Source: Malacoraja senta (lineage: Eukaryota). Taken from it: DNA of 64,000 nucleotides. Position 1 is the first letter of the stretch, and each line of letters opens with the position of its first letter. Position numbers and translations under genes: made by a program. The stretch covers positions 124,001-188,000 of the forward strand of contig JAXLNO010000627.1 of the NCBI GenBank assembly GCA_038087875.1. The letters are read 5' to 3'. Positions 36,460 through 50,875 of the stretch are shown here, piece by piece. Under the pieces are notes generated by a model. That model worked only from the letters and a program-made list of their open reading frames with translations, was not told the DNA's origin and did no database searches.

Positions 36460-39400
36460 TCCCCTACCACCCTCTGGGGTGAATCTGTAGGATTCTTTGA
36501 CACAGACGGCGGTGGAGGCCACAAGTCAGTGGATATTTTTAAGGCAGAGATAGATAGATTGTTGATCAGTGCGGGTGTCAGGGGTTATAGGGAGAAGGCA
36601 GGAGAATGTGGTTGGGAGGGAGAGATAGATCGGCCATGATTGAATGGCAGAATAGACTTGATGGGCCGAATGGCCTCATTCTGCTCCTATCATTTAAGAA
36701 TAAGGAGTAAGCCATTTAGAACGGAGACGACGAAACACTTTTTCTCACAGAGGGTGGTGAGTCTGTGGAATTCTCTGCCTCAGAGGGCGATGGAGGCAGG
36801 TTCTCTGTATGCTTTCAAGAGAGAGCTAGATAGGGCTCTTAAAGATAGCGGAGGATAAGGAGAGAAGGCAGGAACGGGGTATTGATTGGGGATGATCAGC
36901 CATGGTCACGTTGAATGGCCAAATGGCCTACTCCTGCATCTATTGTCTATTGTTTATTATCACATCACCTGTCTCCAAAGTGGCTGTTTCCATTTCTATA
37001 GAACAGAGAGCAGGAACCTCTAGGAGATTTAGTCACTGTCGTGGTTTAGAAAGAGTGTATCTGATCTCGAGTGCTCTTGTGAGCAAGATTTGTTGTTTAT
37101 TTGTCTTTCTGTAATAATTGGGTCATAATATCATCTGCACCGGCCCATCACACACACACGCAAGCACACACATACGCACACACATGCACGCACACACACA
37201 CTCACGCACGCACACATACGCAAGCACATACATACGCACACACATGCACGCGCACACACGCACGCACTCACATACAAGCACACGCATCACCCCTCAAGTT
37301 CCCATTAAATCTTTTCCCCTTCACCTTGAACCTATGTCCTCTGGTCCTCGATTCCTCTACTCTGGACAAGAGACTCTGAGCGTCTACCCAATCTATTCCT
37401 CTCAAGATTTTGTACACCTCTGCCTCATCTTCCTGTGCTCCAAGGAATAGAGACCCAGCCTGCCCCAACCTCTCCCTGTAGCTCCCTCGAGTCCCGTCCA
37501 CATCCTCGTAAATCTTCTCTGCGCCCTTTCCAGCTCGACGACATCTTTCCTGTAACACGGTGCCCAGAACTGAACACAATACACTAAATGCGGCCTCACC
37601 AACGTCTTGTACAACTGCAACGTGACCTCCCAACTTCTGTACTCAATACTTATTACTCCAGAACGTTGTGCCTTCTCAGATATACCATGTGGAGATACAG
37701 TCTTAGATACATAGAAAATCGGCCCTTCAATCCAGCACCGGGAATTAACTTGGTGAACCTACGCTGCACTCCCTCAATGGTAAGAATGTCGTTCCTCAAA
37801 TTTGGAGACCAAAACTGCACACAATACTCCATGTGTGGTCTCACCAGGTCCCTGTACAACTGCAGTAGGACATCCTTGCTCCTGTACTCAAATCCTCCCG
37901 CTATGAAAGCCAACATGCCATTTGCTTTCTTCACTGCCTGCTGTATCTACATGCTTCCTTTCAGTGACTGATGTACAAGGACACCCAGGCCTCATTGCAC
38001 CTCCCCTTTTCCTAATCTGACACCATTCAGATAATAATCTGCCTTCTTGTTCTTGCCACCAAAGTGGATAACCTCACATTTATCCACATTAAACTGTATC
38101 TGCCATGCATCTGCCCACTCACCCAACCTGTCCAAGTCACCCTGCAGCCTCATAGCATCCTCCTCACAGCTCACACAGCCACCCAGCCTTGTGTCATCCA
38201 CAAACTTGGAGATGTTACATTTACGTCTAAATCGTTAATATAGAATCATAGAGTGATACAGCGTGGAAACAGGCCCTTCGGTCCAACTTGCCCACACTGG
38301 CCAACATATCCCAGCTACACTAGTCCCACACTAGTGCCTGCGTTTGGCCCATATCCCTCCAAACCTGTCCTATCCATGTACCTGTCCTATCCATGTACCT
38401 GTCCAACTGTTTCTTAGTCCCAGCCTCAACTACCTCCTCCCGCAGCTCGTTCTATACACCCACCACCCTTTGTGTGAAAAAGTTACCCCTCAGATTCCTA
38501 TTAAATCTTTTCCCCTTCACCTTGAACCTGTGTCCCCTGGTCCTCGATTCCCCGACTCTGGGCAAGAGACTCTGTGCGTCTACCCGATCTATTCCTCTCA
38601 TGATTTTATATATTGTAAATAATAATAGTGGTCCCAGCACCGAGCCTTGCGGCACCCCACTAGTCACTGCCTGCCATTATGAAAATGACTCTTTAATTAC
38701 TACTGAGTGGGAAAGAACTGCAGATGCTGGTTTAAATCGAAGGTAGACAAAGTGCTGGAGTAACTCAGCGGGTGAGGCAGCATCTCTGGAGAGAAGGAAT
38801 GGGCGATGTTTCGGTCGATATCCTTCAGACTGATGTCAGGAAAGGGGGCAGGACAGAGATGGAATGTAGTCGGAGACAGTAAGACTAGTGGGAGAACTGG
38901 GAAGGGGGAGGGGATGGAGAGAGGGAAAGCAAGGGCTATCTGAAGTTAGAGAAGTCAATGTTCATACCACTGGGCTGTAAGGTAGCCAAGCGAAATATGA
39001 GGTGCTGCTCCTCCAATTTGTGCTGGGCCTCCCTCTGACAATGGAGGAGGCCCAGGACAGAAAGGTCAGTGTGGGAATGGGAGGGGGAGTTGAAGTGCTG
39101 GGATACCGGGAGATCAGGTAGGTCCAGGCAGACTGAGCGGAGGTGTTCAGTGAAACGATCGCCGAGCCTGCGTTGGTCTCGTTGATCAGTTTAGTTTATT
39201 GCCACGTGTACCGAGATACAGTGAAAAGCTTTTGTTGCGTGCTAACCAGTCAGCGGAAAGACAATACATGTTTACAATCGAGCTGTTTACAATGTATAGA
39301 TTACATGATAAGGAAATAATGTTTAGTTATAAGGTGGTAAGGGTCATAAGGGATAGGAGCAGAATTAGGCCATTTGGCCCATCAAGTCTCCTCTGCCATT

Positions 39401-41720
39401 CAATCGTGGCTGATCTATCTCTCCCTCCTAACCCCATTCTCCTGCTTCTTCCCATAACCCCTGACACCCGTACTAATCAAGAATCTATCCATCTCTGCCT
39501 TAAAAATATCCACTGACTTGTGGCCTCCACCGCCGTCTGTGGCAAAGAATTTTACTGATTCACCACCCTCTTGCTAAAGAAATTCCTCCTCATCTCCTTC
39601 GTAAAGGAACGTCCTTTAATTCTGAGGCTGTGACCTCTGGTCCTAGACTCTCCCACTAGTGGAAACATCCTCTCCACATCCACTCTATCCAGGCCTTTCA
39701 CTATTCAGAAAGTTTCAATGAGGTCCCCCCTCATTCTTCTAAACTCCAGCGAGTACAGGCCCAGTGCCGACAAATGCTCATCATACGTTAACCCACTCAT
39801 TCCTGAGATCGTTCTTATACTTTAGTGCGAGGTAAAGACCGATCAAGGATATTCCGAGGGTCACCAATGAGATAGATAGTAGTTCAGGACCGCTCTCTGG
39901 TTGTGGTAGGATGGTTCAGTTGCCCAATAACAGCCGGGAAGAAACTGTTCCTGAATCTGGAGGTGTGCGTTCGTTTTCACACTTCTGTACCTCTTGCCAT
40001 TTTGGAGAGGGGGAGAAGAGGGAGTGACGGGGGGTGAGACTGGTCCTCGATTATGCTGCTGGCCTTGCTGAGGCAGCGTGAGGTGTAGATGGAGGCGATG
40101 GATGGAAAGGAGTCTTGTGGAGAGTTTGGGTTTGCGGATGACACAAAGCTGGATGGCAGTGTGAGCTGCGATGAGGATGACTTGGACAGGTTGGGTGAGT
40201 GGGCAGATGCACAGCAGATGCAGTACAATGTGTATCAATGTGAGGTTGACCATTTTGGTGGCAAAAACAGGAAGGCAGATTATTATCTGAATGGTGTCAG
40301 ATTACGAAAAGGGGAAGTACAACGAGACCTTGGTGTCCTTGTACATCAGTCACTGATCAGGCTATTAAACACAACAACAAATAAGCTCTGAGCTCTGAAC
40401 TGCAAAATACTATCATTACTGCACTATATTAGTTATTTATTGAACATTTTTTCTCTTCCCCCGTTATGTATTATGTTTACATATTCACATATTCTGTTGT
40501 GCCGAATCCGGGAGAATAGACAATAGGTGCAGGAGTCGGCCATTTGGCCCTTCCAGCCAGCACCACCATTCACTGTGATCATGGCTGATCATCCACAATC
40601 AGTACCCCGTTCCTGCCTTCTCACCATATCCCTTGACTCCGCTATCTTTAAGAGCCCTATCTAACTCTCTCTGGAAAGTATCCAGAGAACCGACCTCCAC
40701 CGCCCTCTGAGGCAGAGAATTCCACAGACTCGCAACTCTCTGGGTGAAAAAGTGTTTCCTCGTCTCCGTTCTAAATGTCCGACCCCTTATTCTTAAACTG
40801 TGGCCCCTGGTTCTGGCCTCCCCCAACATCGGGAACATCTTTCCTGCCTCTAGCATGTCCAAATCCTTAATAATCTTATATGTTTCAATAAGATCCTCTC
40901 TCATCCTTCTAAATTCCAGAGTATACAAGCCCAGTCGTTCCATTCTCTCAGCATATGACAGTGAACCTACGTTGCACTCCCTCAATAGCAAGACATATGA
41001 CAATAAAACACTCTTGACTCTTGATTCGTAAACATGCAGGTGCAGCAGACAGTGAAGAAAGCTAGTGGCCTGTTGGCCTTCATAGCGAGAGGATTTGAGT
41101 GGGAGCAAAGAGGTCCTACTGCAGTTGTACAGGGCCCTGGTGAGACTGCACCTGGAGTACTGTGTGCAGTTTTGGTCTCCAAATTTGAGGAAGGACATTC
41201 TTGCTATTGAGGGAGCCCAGCGTAGGTTCACCAGGTTAATTCCCGGGATGGTGGGACTGTCATATGCTGAGAGAATGGAGCAGCTGGGCTTGTACACTCT
41301 GGAGTTGAAAAGGATGAGAGGGGATCTTATTGAAACATATAAGACTATTAAGCGATTGGACACGTTAGAGGCAGGAAACATGTTCCCGATGTTGGGGGCG
41401 TGCAGAACCAGTGGCCATCACACAGTTTAAGAATAAGGGGTCGGCCATATAGGACTGAGATGAGGAAAAACTTTTTCCACCCAGAGAGTTGTGAATCTGT
41501 GGAATTCTCTGCCACAGAAGGCAGTGGAGGCCAGTTCACTGGATGTTTTCAAGAGAGATTTAAATTTAGCTCTTAAGGCGAACGGAATCAAGGGATATGG
41601 GGAGAAAGCAGGAACGTGGGTACTGATTGTGGATGAGCAGCCATGATCATATTAAATGGCGGTGCTGGCTCAAAGGGCCGAATGGCCTACTCCTGCACCT
41701 TTTTTTCTATGTTTCTAAGA
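36460..41720. mobile_element. Dense nest of CR1 fragments in both orientations, with Rex/Babar pieces
   Basis: Multiple EYCVQFWSP / RGHSLRI / QRVV.LWNSLP modules in ORFs at 37402-38667, 40089-40391 and 40599-41430. Confidence 0.8.
38705..39185 (-). mobile_element. Penelope 3' fragment (GIY-YIG end + pLTR)
   Basis: Reverse-complement similarity to 16130-16595. Confidence 0.8.
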
Positions 41721-41959
41721 AGTGTTCCCAAACCAAGCTGTGATGCAGTCTGACAATATGCTTTCTATGGTGCATCTGTGGAAGTTTGTAAAAGCCACTA
41801 AAGACGTACTAAACCTCTATGGGATGTAGTGGTATTGGTGTGGCTTCTTGGGTGTAGATTCAATGTGATTGGGTCATGATAGATCGGTGATGATATCACA
41901 GTCCGTTTTGGGAACAGCTCTATCCAAGACAGAGTTGCGGACGCAGCCCAGACCATTTG

Positions 41960-42590
41960 GCTTTAGTAAAATTGCAAATTGTCCCTAGTGTGTGTAGGAT
42001 AGTGTTAGTGTGCGGGGATCGCTGGTCGGCGCGGACTCGGTGGGCCGAAGGGCCTGTTTCCACGCTGTATCTCTAAACTAAACACAGAATTAGTGTGTAA
42101 ACGGGCGATCGCTGGTTAGTACGGACTCGGTGGGCCGAAGGGCCTGTTTCCACGCTGTATCTCTAAACTAAACACAGAATTAGTGTGTAAACGGGCGATC
42201 GCTGGTTAGCACGGACTCGGTGGGCCGAAGGGCCTGTTTCCGCGCTGTATCTCTAAACTGAACTAGTGTGTGAACGGGCGATTGCTGGTCGGCACGGACT
42301 CAGTGGGCCGAAGGGCCTGTTTCTAACACTAACAGTATCCTACACACACTAGGGACAATTTACAATTTTACTAAAGGCAATTAACCTACAAACCCGCACG
42401 TCTTTGGAGTGTGGGAGGAAACCGTACTCCAAGAAAACCCCAGAACTCCAAGAAATCTGCGCCCAGAGAAAACCCACGCAGGTCACGGGGAGAACGTGCA
42501 GACTCCGTACAGACAGAACCCGTGGTCGGGATGGAACCCGGGTCTCTGGCGCTGTGAGGCAGCAGCTCTACCCGCTGCGCCACCGTGTCG
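41960..42590. mobile_element. Tail-to-tail HE1-like SINEs with tandemly amplified 3' tail (~91-bp unit, about 4 copies)
   Basis: Repeated ggactcggtgggccgaagggcctgtttccacgctgtatctctaaactaaacacagaattagtg; minus-strand SINE at ~42325-42586. Confidence 0.8.
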
Positions 42591-43554
42591 GGCCACTACT
42601 CGATGGGCAGCCGGGAAAAAACTGCCCCTGGATCTGGAGGTGTGCTTCGATTTAATACTTCTGTACCTCTTGCCCGATGGGAGAGACAATAGACAATAGG
42701 TGCATGAGTAGGCCATTATGCCCTTTGAGCCAGCACCGCCATTCAATGTGATCATGGCTGATCATCCACAATCAGTACCCCGTTCCTGCCTTCTCCCCAT
42801 ATCCCCTGACTCCGCTATCTTTAAGAGCTCAATCTAACTCTTGAAAGCATCCAGAGAAACCGGCCTCCACCGCCCTCTGAGGCAGAGAATTCCACAGACT
42901 CACAACTCTCTGTCAGAAAAAGTGTTTCCTCGTCTCCATTCTAAATGGTTTACCCCTTATTATTAAGTGCGTGGCCCCTGGTTCTGGATTCCCCCAACGT
43001 CGGGAACATGTTTCCTGCCTCTAGCGTGTCCAAACCCTTAATAATCTTATATGTTTCAATTAGATCCCCTCTCATTCTATACTCCAGAGTATACAAGCCC
43101 AGCCGCTCCTTTCTCTCAGCATATGACAGTCCCGCCATCCCTGGAATCAACCTTGTTAGGGGAGGACAGGGAGTGACCGGGGATGAGACTGGTCCATGAT
43201 TATGCAGCTGGCCTTGCCGAGGCAGCGTGAGGTGTAGATGGAGTTAGAGAAGCATTTTGTAGACTTGTTTACCACTAAAGTGTGTGAAAAATGTTACACA
43301 AGACATGTCAGAGCCTTGTAAGGGCTGGCTGTTATCTTATCTGCATTTGGTTTGTGTTCTTCTGAGATAGAAAGAGATTCCATCTGAATCTAGAGATGAC
43401 TTCCTTCTCGGCAGAAGGGTTTCTCCCCTGCAAGATATCGCTCTGAAGCTCCCCCCACCCCCCCCCCCTCCTTACCAACCCCCCTCACACACACACACAC
43501 ACACTAACCAGTTCCCATATCACAACTTCCTATAAGATTTAGTTTAGTTAAGTT

Positions 43555-44518
43555 CAGTGCAGTTTAGCTCAGAGACCAAGCGTGGAAACAGGCCCTTCGG
43601 CCCACCGAGTCCGTGCCGACCAGCGATCGCCAGATCACACACTAGTTCTGTGTTTAGTTTAGAGATACAGCGCGGAAACAGGCCCTTCGGCCCACCAACT
43701 CCGCGCCGACCAGCGATCCCCACACACTAACACTATCCGACACACACTAGGGGACAATTTACAATTTTTACCGAAGCCAATTAACCTACAAACCTACACA
43801 TCTTTGGAGTGTGGGAGGAAACCGGAGCGCCCGGAGAAATAATGATTATAATAATATATTTTATTGTCATTGCACACAGGTGCAACAAGATTTGGTATGC
43901 AGCTTCCATCTGATGTCACAACTTAAACAACTAATAACATTTAGATACCCCGAGAAACATGGTTTATACAAAAAGAACAGTAAAACAGTAAAATAGTCTA
44001 AAGTGCAAATGTGTCTGTGCCGGGTCGATGTGCGACGTGACCATCCGAGGGAGACAGTTCATGGGGGTGGGGGGCACTCAGCAGGGCCGGTTCAGAGCAG
44101 CTATAGCTCTGGGGATGAAGCTGTTCCTTAGTCTGGAAGTGAGGGCGTAGCGTCTGCAGGAAGGTAGGAGTTCGAACAGACTATTACAGGGGTATGAGGA
44201 GTCTTTGTGGATGCTGACGGCCTTCCTGAGGCACCGTGTATAGTAGATGCCCTCCAAAGCTGGTAGCTGTGTCCCAATGATCTTCTGCGCTCAGTGGACG
44301 ACGCGCTGAACAGCTCTCCTCTCCGTCTCCGTGCAGCTGAGATACCACAGAGAGATGACATTTTAGTATGCTCTCTGGTGCAGTGGTAAAAGGTTGTGGG
44401 AAACGCACGCAGGTCACGGGGAGAACGTACAAACTCCGTACAGACAGCACCCGTGGTCGGGATCGAACCCGGGTCTCTGGCGCTGTGAGGCAGCAGCTCT
44501 ACCCGCTGCGCCACCGTG
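43555..44518 (-). mobile_element. HE1-like SINE split by a Rex/Babar LINE 3' fragment (~43840-44392)
   Basis: SINE tail/body at 43555-43836, head at 44398-44518; the intervening minus-strand sequence encodes ..IIGTQLPALEGIYYTRCLRKAVSIHKDSSYP.. Confidence 0.7.
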
Positions 44519-45130
44519 ATGACCCACTACACGTTGCGCAGCCGGGAAGAAACTGTCCCTGAATCTGGAGGTGTGCATTCGTTTTCACACTTCTGTACCT
44601 GTTGTCCGATGGGAGAGGGGAGGAGAGGGAGTGACCGGGGTGAGACTGGTCCTTGATTATGCTGCTGGCCTTGCCGAGGCATTTAACCCTTGTTGGACAA
44701 ATGGGATTGTTTTCTCTGGAGCGTCGGAGGCTGACGGGAGACCTGATTAGAACGTCTTTGTTCTCCAGAGATGATGCCTGACCCGCTGAGTTACTCTAGC
44801 ACTTTGTACCTGTCCACGTTCTCCAGAGATGCTGCCTGACCCGCTGAGTTACTCCAGCACTTTGTACCTGTCCACATTCTCCAGAGATGCTGCCTGACCC
44901 TCTGAGCCGGTGTGGGCAGGTTGGGCTGAAGGGTCTGTTTCCACGCTGTATAACTCTATGTCTCTAAGACTATGGCTCTATGAGTTACTCCAACATGTTG
45001 TGCCTGTTTCGTATCTGATGCTGGGAGGAAGTGTGTTCACTGAGCCTTTGAGCCAGGTTTCCTCCGAGATTCGCTGTTCTCTGATGAAAGTTATACATGT
45101 TTTGTTGACGAGCTTTTCGCGAGCCGTGAT

Positions 45131-45661
45131 TAGGGTTGGCAACTGTCCCGTATTAGCCGGGACATCCCGTACATTGGCCAATAAATTGGTTTGTCCCGTA
45201 CAGGACCGCCCTTGACCCGTATTTGACCGCTTCTACCCGGGTCGAGGGGACTGTCGGGTCGGAGCGCCACGTCCAGCCCCGCCTCGCCCGTCCCGACGTA
45301 GTGCAGCGTATGGAGTGCAGCAGCAGCAGCAGCGCCTCGCCCGTGGCCCCGTCGGTCGGTCGGTCAGCAGCCCGGCCAGCTGTCCGAGCCTCGGACCTTC
45401 GCTGACCGCCGACACCACCACCACCCCTCCTTCTCATGGGCCGATCGTCGGTTCACGAGTTGGACTGGGCGCCGGTCGTTGCCCCCCGGGCCAAAACTCC
45501 TCAGCTGGCCCGCCGGCTGGGCTTTGTGTACAGTCCAGCACCCGGGGCCAACTCATCATTCACCCAGCCACGGCCGGGTCGCTCAACGAATTGCCGTGGG
45601 GAATTTGTCCCGTATTTTGACATGTGTCCCTTATTTGGGAGTGAGAAAGTTGGCAACCATA
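45131..45661. mobile_element. hAT-family MITE
   Basis: TIR tagggttggcaact / agttggcaaccata; subterminal gtcccg repeats; imperfect 8-bp TSD gccgtgat / gccatgac; CpG-rich interior. Confidence 0.78.
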
Positions 45662-46342
45662 GCCATGACGATTTAGGACTCTTCATTGACTCACGGCAGT
45701 CCCAAGATAGTTGTTGGCTTTATAGAGACAATAATTCCTGCCTTCCCTTTCCATCCCGTTGAGTTTATTGTCCCGTGTACCGAGGTACAGTGAAAAGCTT
45801 TCTTGTTGCGTGCTATCCAGCCAGCGGAAAGTGTACATGATTACAATCGAGCCGTCCACAGTGTACAGATACAGGATAAAGGGAATAACGTTTAGTGCAA
45901 GATATAGGCATTGGTGAGGCCACATTTAAAGTATTATGTTCAGTTCTGGGCACTGTGTTATAAGGAAAAAAAGTTTAGTTTGGTTCAGTTCATGTTAGTT
46001 CAGATATACAGCACGGAAATAGGCCCTTCGGCCCTCCATGCCCCTTGGGGTATGGGCCTGTAATCGCTGGAGTTTAGAAGAATGAGTGGGGGTGACCTCA
46101 TTGAAACGTACAGAATAGTGAAAGGCCTGGATAGCGTGGATGTGGAGAGGATGTTTCCACTAGTGGGAGAGTCTGGGACCAGCGGGCACAGCCTCAGAAT
46201 TAAAGGACGTTCCTTTAGGAAGGATATGAGGAGGAATCTCTTTTGCCAGAGGGTGGTAAATCTGTGGGATTCTTTGCCACACACGGCAGTGGAGGCCACA
46301 AGTCAGTGGATATATTTAAGGCTGTGATAGATAGATTATTAT

Positions 46343-46712
46343 TTAAGAAAGAACTGCAGATGCTGGAAAAATCGAAGGTAGACAAAAATGCTGGAGAAAC
46401 TCAGCGCGTGAGGCAGCATCTAAGGAGCGACATTTCGGGTCGAGACCCTTCTTCAGACTGATGTGGGGGTGGGGGGAGCGGCGGGAAGAAGAAAGGAAGA
46501 GGCGGAGACAGTGGGCTGTGGAAGAGCTGGGAACGGGAGGGGAAGGAGGGAGAAAGCAGGGACTACCTGTAATTGGAGAAGTCAATGTTCATACCGCTGG
46601 GGTGTAAACTGCCCAAGTGAAATATGAGGTGCTGCTCTTCCAATTTGCAGTGGGACTCACTCTAGCCATGGAGGAGGCCCAGGACAGAAAGGTCGGATTT
46701 GGAATGGGTGGG
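46343..46712 (-). mobile_element. Penelope 3' fragment with hammerhead core on the minus strand
   Basis: atttcgggtcgagacccttcttcagac at ~46432-46458; C-terminus similar to 16230-16370. Confidence 0.8.
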
Positions 46713-46801
46713 AGATCGATTCTTGATTAGTACGGGTGTCAGGGGTAATGGGGAGAAGGCAGGAGAATGGGGTTGGGAGGGAGAGATATAAGTGGTATAA
46801 G

Positions 46802-49800
46802 AGATATACGTTCAAAATAAGTGGTCCAGAGGAAGCCGCTGATTGGTGGAAGCGGACTAGAGGAAGCAGCTGATTGGGAGTAACGCCAAATACTGCCGGC
46901 CATGCTGATTTCTTCCAGCTCTTTGTATTGTATCCTGGGTAAGGGGGGAGAATGAGTGCCAGGGCAGTTTACTGTTCTGGATGTCAGATGTGGGAGGTCA
47001 TGGAGTCTGATAGCCTTCCAGATGTCCACATCTGTGCCAGGTGCATCGAAATGTGGCTCCTAAGGGACCGTATTAGGAACCTGGAGCAGCAGCTCGATGA
47101 CCTCTGTCTGGTCAGGGAGAGTGAGGAGGTCATAGAGAAGATTTATAGAGAGGTGGTCACTCCAAGACCACGGGAGGCAGACAAGTGGGTCACGGTTAGG
47201 AGGGGCAAGGGGCAGAGGCAGGGACTAGAGAGTACCCCGGTGGCTGTACACCTTGGAAATAAGTATTCCTGTTTGAGTACTGTTGGGGGGGACAGCCTAC
47301 CTGGGGGTAGCGACAGCAGCCGGGCCTCCGGCACAGAGACCGTCCCTGTTGCTCAGAAGGGTAGGGAAAAGACGAGGAGGGCAATAGTAATAGGGGACTC
47401 TATAGTTAGGGGTCAGATAGGCGATTCTGTGGACGCAGTCAGGAGACCCGGATGGTAGTTTGCCTCCCTGGTGCCAGGGTCTGGGATGTGTCTGAACGTG
47501 TCCAAGATATCCTGAAATGGGAGGGAGAGGAGTCTGAGGTCGTGGTACATATAGGTACCAAAGACATAGGTAGAAAAAGAGAAGAGGTCCTGAAATGAGA
47601 ATTTAGGGTGTTAGGAGGAGAGTTAAGGAGAAGGACTGCAAAAGTAACTATATCAGGATTACTGCCTGTGCCACACGGCAGTGAGAGTAGGAATGGAGTG
47701 AGGTGGATGATAAATGCGTGGCTGAGGGACTGGTGCAGAGGGCAGGGATTAAAGTTTCTGGATCATTGGGACCTCTTTTGGGGAAGGTGTGACCTGTACA
47801 AAAAGGACGGGTTGCATTTGAACCCGAGGGGAACCAATATCCTGGCGGGGAGATATACAAAGGCTACTGGGGAGATGTTAAACTAGAACGGTTGGTGGGA
47901 GGGACTCAAATAGAGAAAGCTAGTAGACAGTGTGTGAGGCAGAAGGCAGAGAAGGGAAGCACTCAGACCCAACATGTAGGGGAGAAAGAAGAAAAAGATA
48001 ATAAACAGAATAAGAGGTGGTGGGTTTCTTAAATGTGTATATTTTAATGCTAGGAGCATTGTAAGAAAGGTGGATGAGCTTAGAGCTTAGATTGACACCT
48101 GGAAGTATGATGTGGCGATTAGTGAAACATGGTTGCAGGATGGCTGTGATTGGAAACGAAATATTACAGGATTTCGTTGCTTCAGGTGTGGTAGAATTGG
48201 AGGGGCAAGAGGTGGAGGTGTTGCATTGCTTGTCAGGGAAGATATTACAGCAGTGCTTTGGCAGGATAGATTAGAGGGCTCGTCTAGGGAGGCTATTTGG
48301 GTGGAACTGAGAAATGGGAAAGGGGTGTATTATAGACTGCCTAATGGGGAGCGAGAATTGGAAGAGCAACTATGTAAGGAGATAGCAGATATTAGTAGTA
48401 AGCACAAGGTAGTGATTGTGGGAGATTTCAATTTTCCACACATAGACTGGGAAACACATTCTGCAAAAGGGCTGGATGGTTTGGAGTTTGTAAAATGTGT
48501 GCAGGATAGTTTTTTGCAGCAATACATAGAGGTACCTACTAGAGAAGGGGCAGTGCTGGACCTCCTGTTAGGAAATGAAACAGGTCAGGTGGCGGAGGTA
48601 TGCGTTGGGGAGCACTTCGGGTCCAGTGATCACAATACCATTAGTTTCAATATAATTATGGAGAAGGTCAGAACTGGATCTAGGGTTGAGATTTTTGATT
48701 GGAGAAAGGCTAACTTTGAGGAGATGCGAAAGGATTTAAAAGGAGTGAATTGGGACATTTTGTTTTATGGGAAGGATGTAGTAGAGAAATGGAGGACATT
48801 TAAAGGTGACATTTTAAGTACAGAATCTTTATGTTCCTGTTCGATTGAAAGGAAAGAGTAATAATTGGAAAGAGCCATGGTTTTCAAGGGAAATTGGACA
48901 CGGTTCGGAAAAAGAGAGAGATCTACAATAATTATAGGCAGCATGGAGTAAATGAGGTGCTTGAGGAGCATAGAGAATGTAAAAAAAATCTTAAGAAAGA
49001 AATTAGAAAAGCTAAAAGAAGATATGGTTGCTTTGGCAAGTAAGGTGAAAGTAAACCCAAAGGGTTTCTACAGCTATATTAATAGCAAAAGGATAACTAG
49101 GGATAAAATTGATCCATTAGAGAGTCAGAGTGGACAGCTATCTGCAGAGCCTAAAGAGATGGGGAAGATATTGAACAATTCTTTTCTTCGGTATTCACCA
49201 AGGAGAAGGATATTGAATTATGTGAGGTATGGGAAACAAGTAGAGTAGCTATGGAAACTACGAGGATCAAAGAAGAGGAAGTACTCACTTTTGAAAAATA
49301 TAAAAGTGGATAAGTCTCCAAGTCCCGAGAGGATATTCACTAGGACATTGAGGGAAGTTAGTGTAGAAATGGCAGGGGTTATGACAGAAATATTTCAAAT
49401 GTCATTAGAAACGGGAATAGTGCCGTAGGATTGGCGTACTGCGCATGTTGTTCCATTGTTTAAAAAGGGTTCTAAGAGTAAACCTAGCAATTATAGACCT
49501 GTTAGTTTGACGTCAGTGGTGGGCAAATTAATGGAAAGAATACTTAGAGATAATATAGATAATCATCTGGATAAACAGGGTCTGGTTAGGAACAGTCAAC
49601 ATGGATTTGTGCCTGGAAGGTCATGTTTGATCTTGAATTTTTTGAAGAGGTTACTAGGGAAATTGATGAGGGTAAGGTGGTGGATGTTGTATATATGGAC
49701 TTCAGTAAGGCCTTTGACAAGGTTCCACATGGAAGGTTGGTTAAGAAGGTTCAATTGTTGGGTATTAATATTGGAGTAGCAAGATGGATTCAACAGTGGC

Positions 49801-50875
49801 TGAATGGGAGATACCAGAGAGTAATGTTGGATAACTATTTGTCAGGTTGGAGGCCGGTGACTAGTGGGGTGCCGCAGGGATCTGTGTTGGGTCCACTGTT
49901 TTTTGTCATATACATCAAAGATTTGGATGTTGGTGTGGTAAATTGGAAATTGTAAGTATGCAGATGATACTAGGATAGGTGGTGTTGTGGAAAATGAAGT
50001 TGATTTTCAAAGTCTACAGAGAGATTTAGGCCATTTAGAAGAGTGGGTTGAAAGATGGCAGATGGAGTTTAATGCTGATAAGTGTGAGGTGCTACATCTT
50101 GGCAGGACAAATCAAAATAGGACGTACACGGTAAATGGTAGCGAATGGAGGAATGCAGTTGAACAGAGGGATCTAGGAATAACTGTGCATTGTTCCCTGA
50201 AGGTGGAATCTCATGTAGATAGGGTGGTAAAGAAAGCTTTTGGTGTGCTGGCCTTTATAAATCAGAGCATTGAGTATAGAAGTTGGGATGTAATGTTAAA
50301 ATTGTACAAGGCATTGGTGAGGCCAATTCTGGAATATGGTGTACAATTCTGGTTGCCAAATTATAGGAAAGATGTCAACAAAATAGAGAGAGTACAGAGG
50401 AAATTTACTAGAATGTTGCCTGGGTTTCAGCACCTAAGTTACAGAGAAAGGTTGAACAAGATGGGTCTTTATTTTTTGGAGCGCAGAAGGTTAAGAGGAG
50501 ACTTGATAGAGGTCTTTAAAATGATGAGAGGGATAGACAGAGTTGACGTGGATAAGCTTTTTCCATTGAGAGTAGGGAAGATTCAAACAAGAGGACATGA
50601 TTTGAGAATTAAGGGACAAAGGTTTAGGGGTAACATGAGGGGGAACTTCTTTACTCAGAGAGTGGTAGCTGTGTGGAATGAGCTTCCAGTGGAAGTGGTG
50701 AAGGCAGGTTCGTTTTTATCATTTAAAAATAAATTGGATAGGTATATGGACGGGAAAGGAATGCAGGGTTATGGTCTGAGTGCAGGTAGGTAGATGGGAC
50801 TAGGTGAGAGAAAGTGTTCGGCACGGACTAGAATGGCCAAGATGGCCTGTTTCCGTGCTATAATTGTTATGTGGT
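46802..50875 (+). mobile_element. Near full-length CR1 LINE (ORF1 Zn-finger/esterase + ORF2 EN/RT), inactivated
   Basis: ORF1 CSGCQMWE..CARC, IVIGDSIVRG, DGLHLN; ORF2 [45 protein letters not shown]; multiple frameshifts. Confidence 0.92.

Noticed and set aside
36002..36522. Cys/Val-rich ORFs
   Set aside because: Translation of the (TG)n microsatellite.
42000..42325. CRISPR-like regularly spaced repeats
   Set aside because: Whole units repeat with no unique spacers; SINE tail sequence; eukaryotic context; no cas genes.
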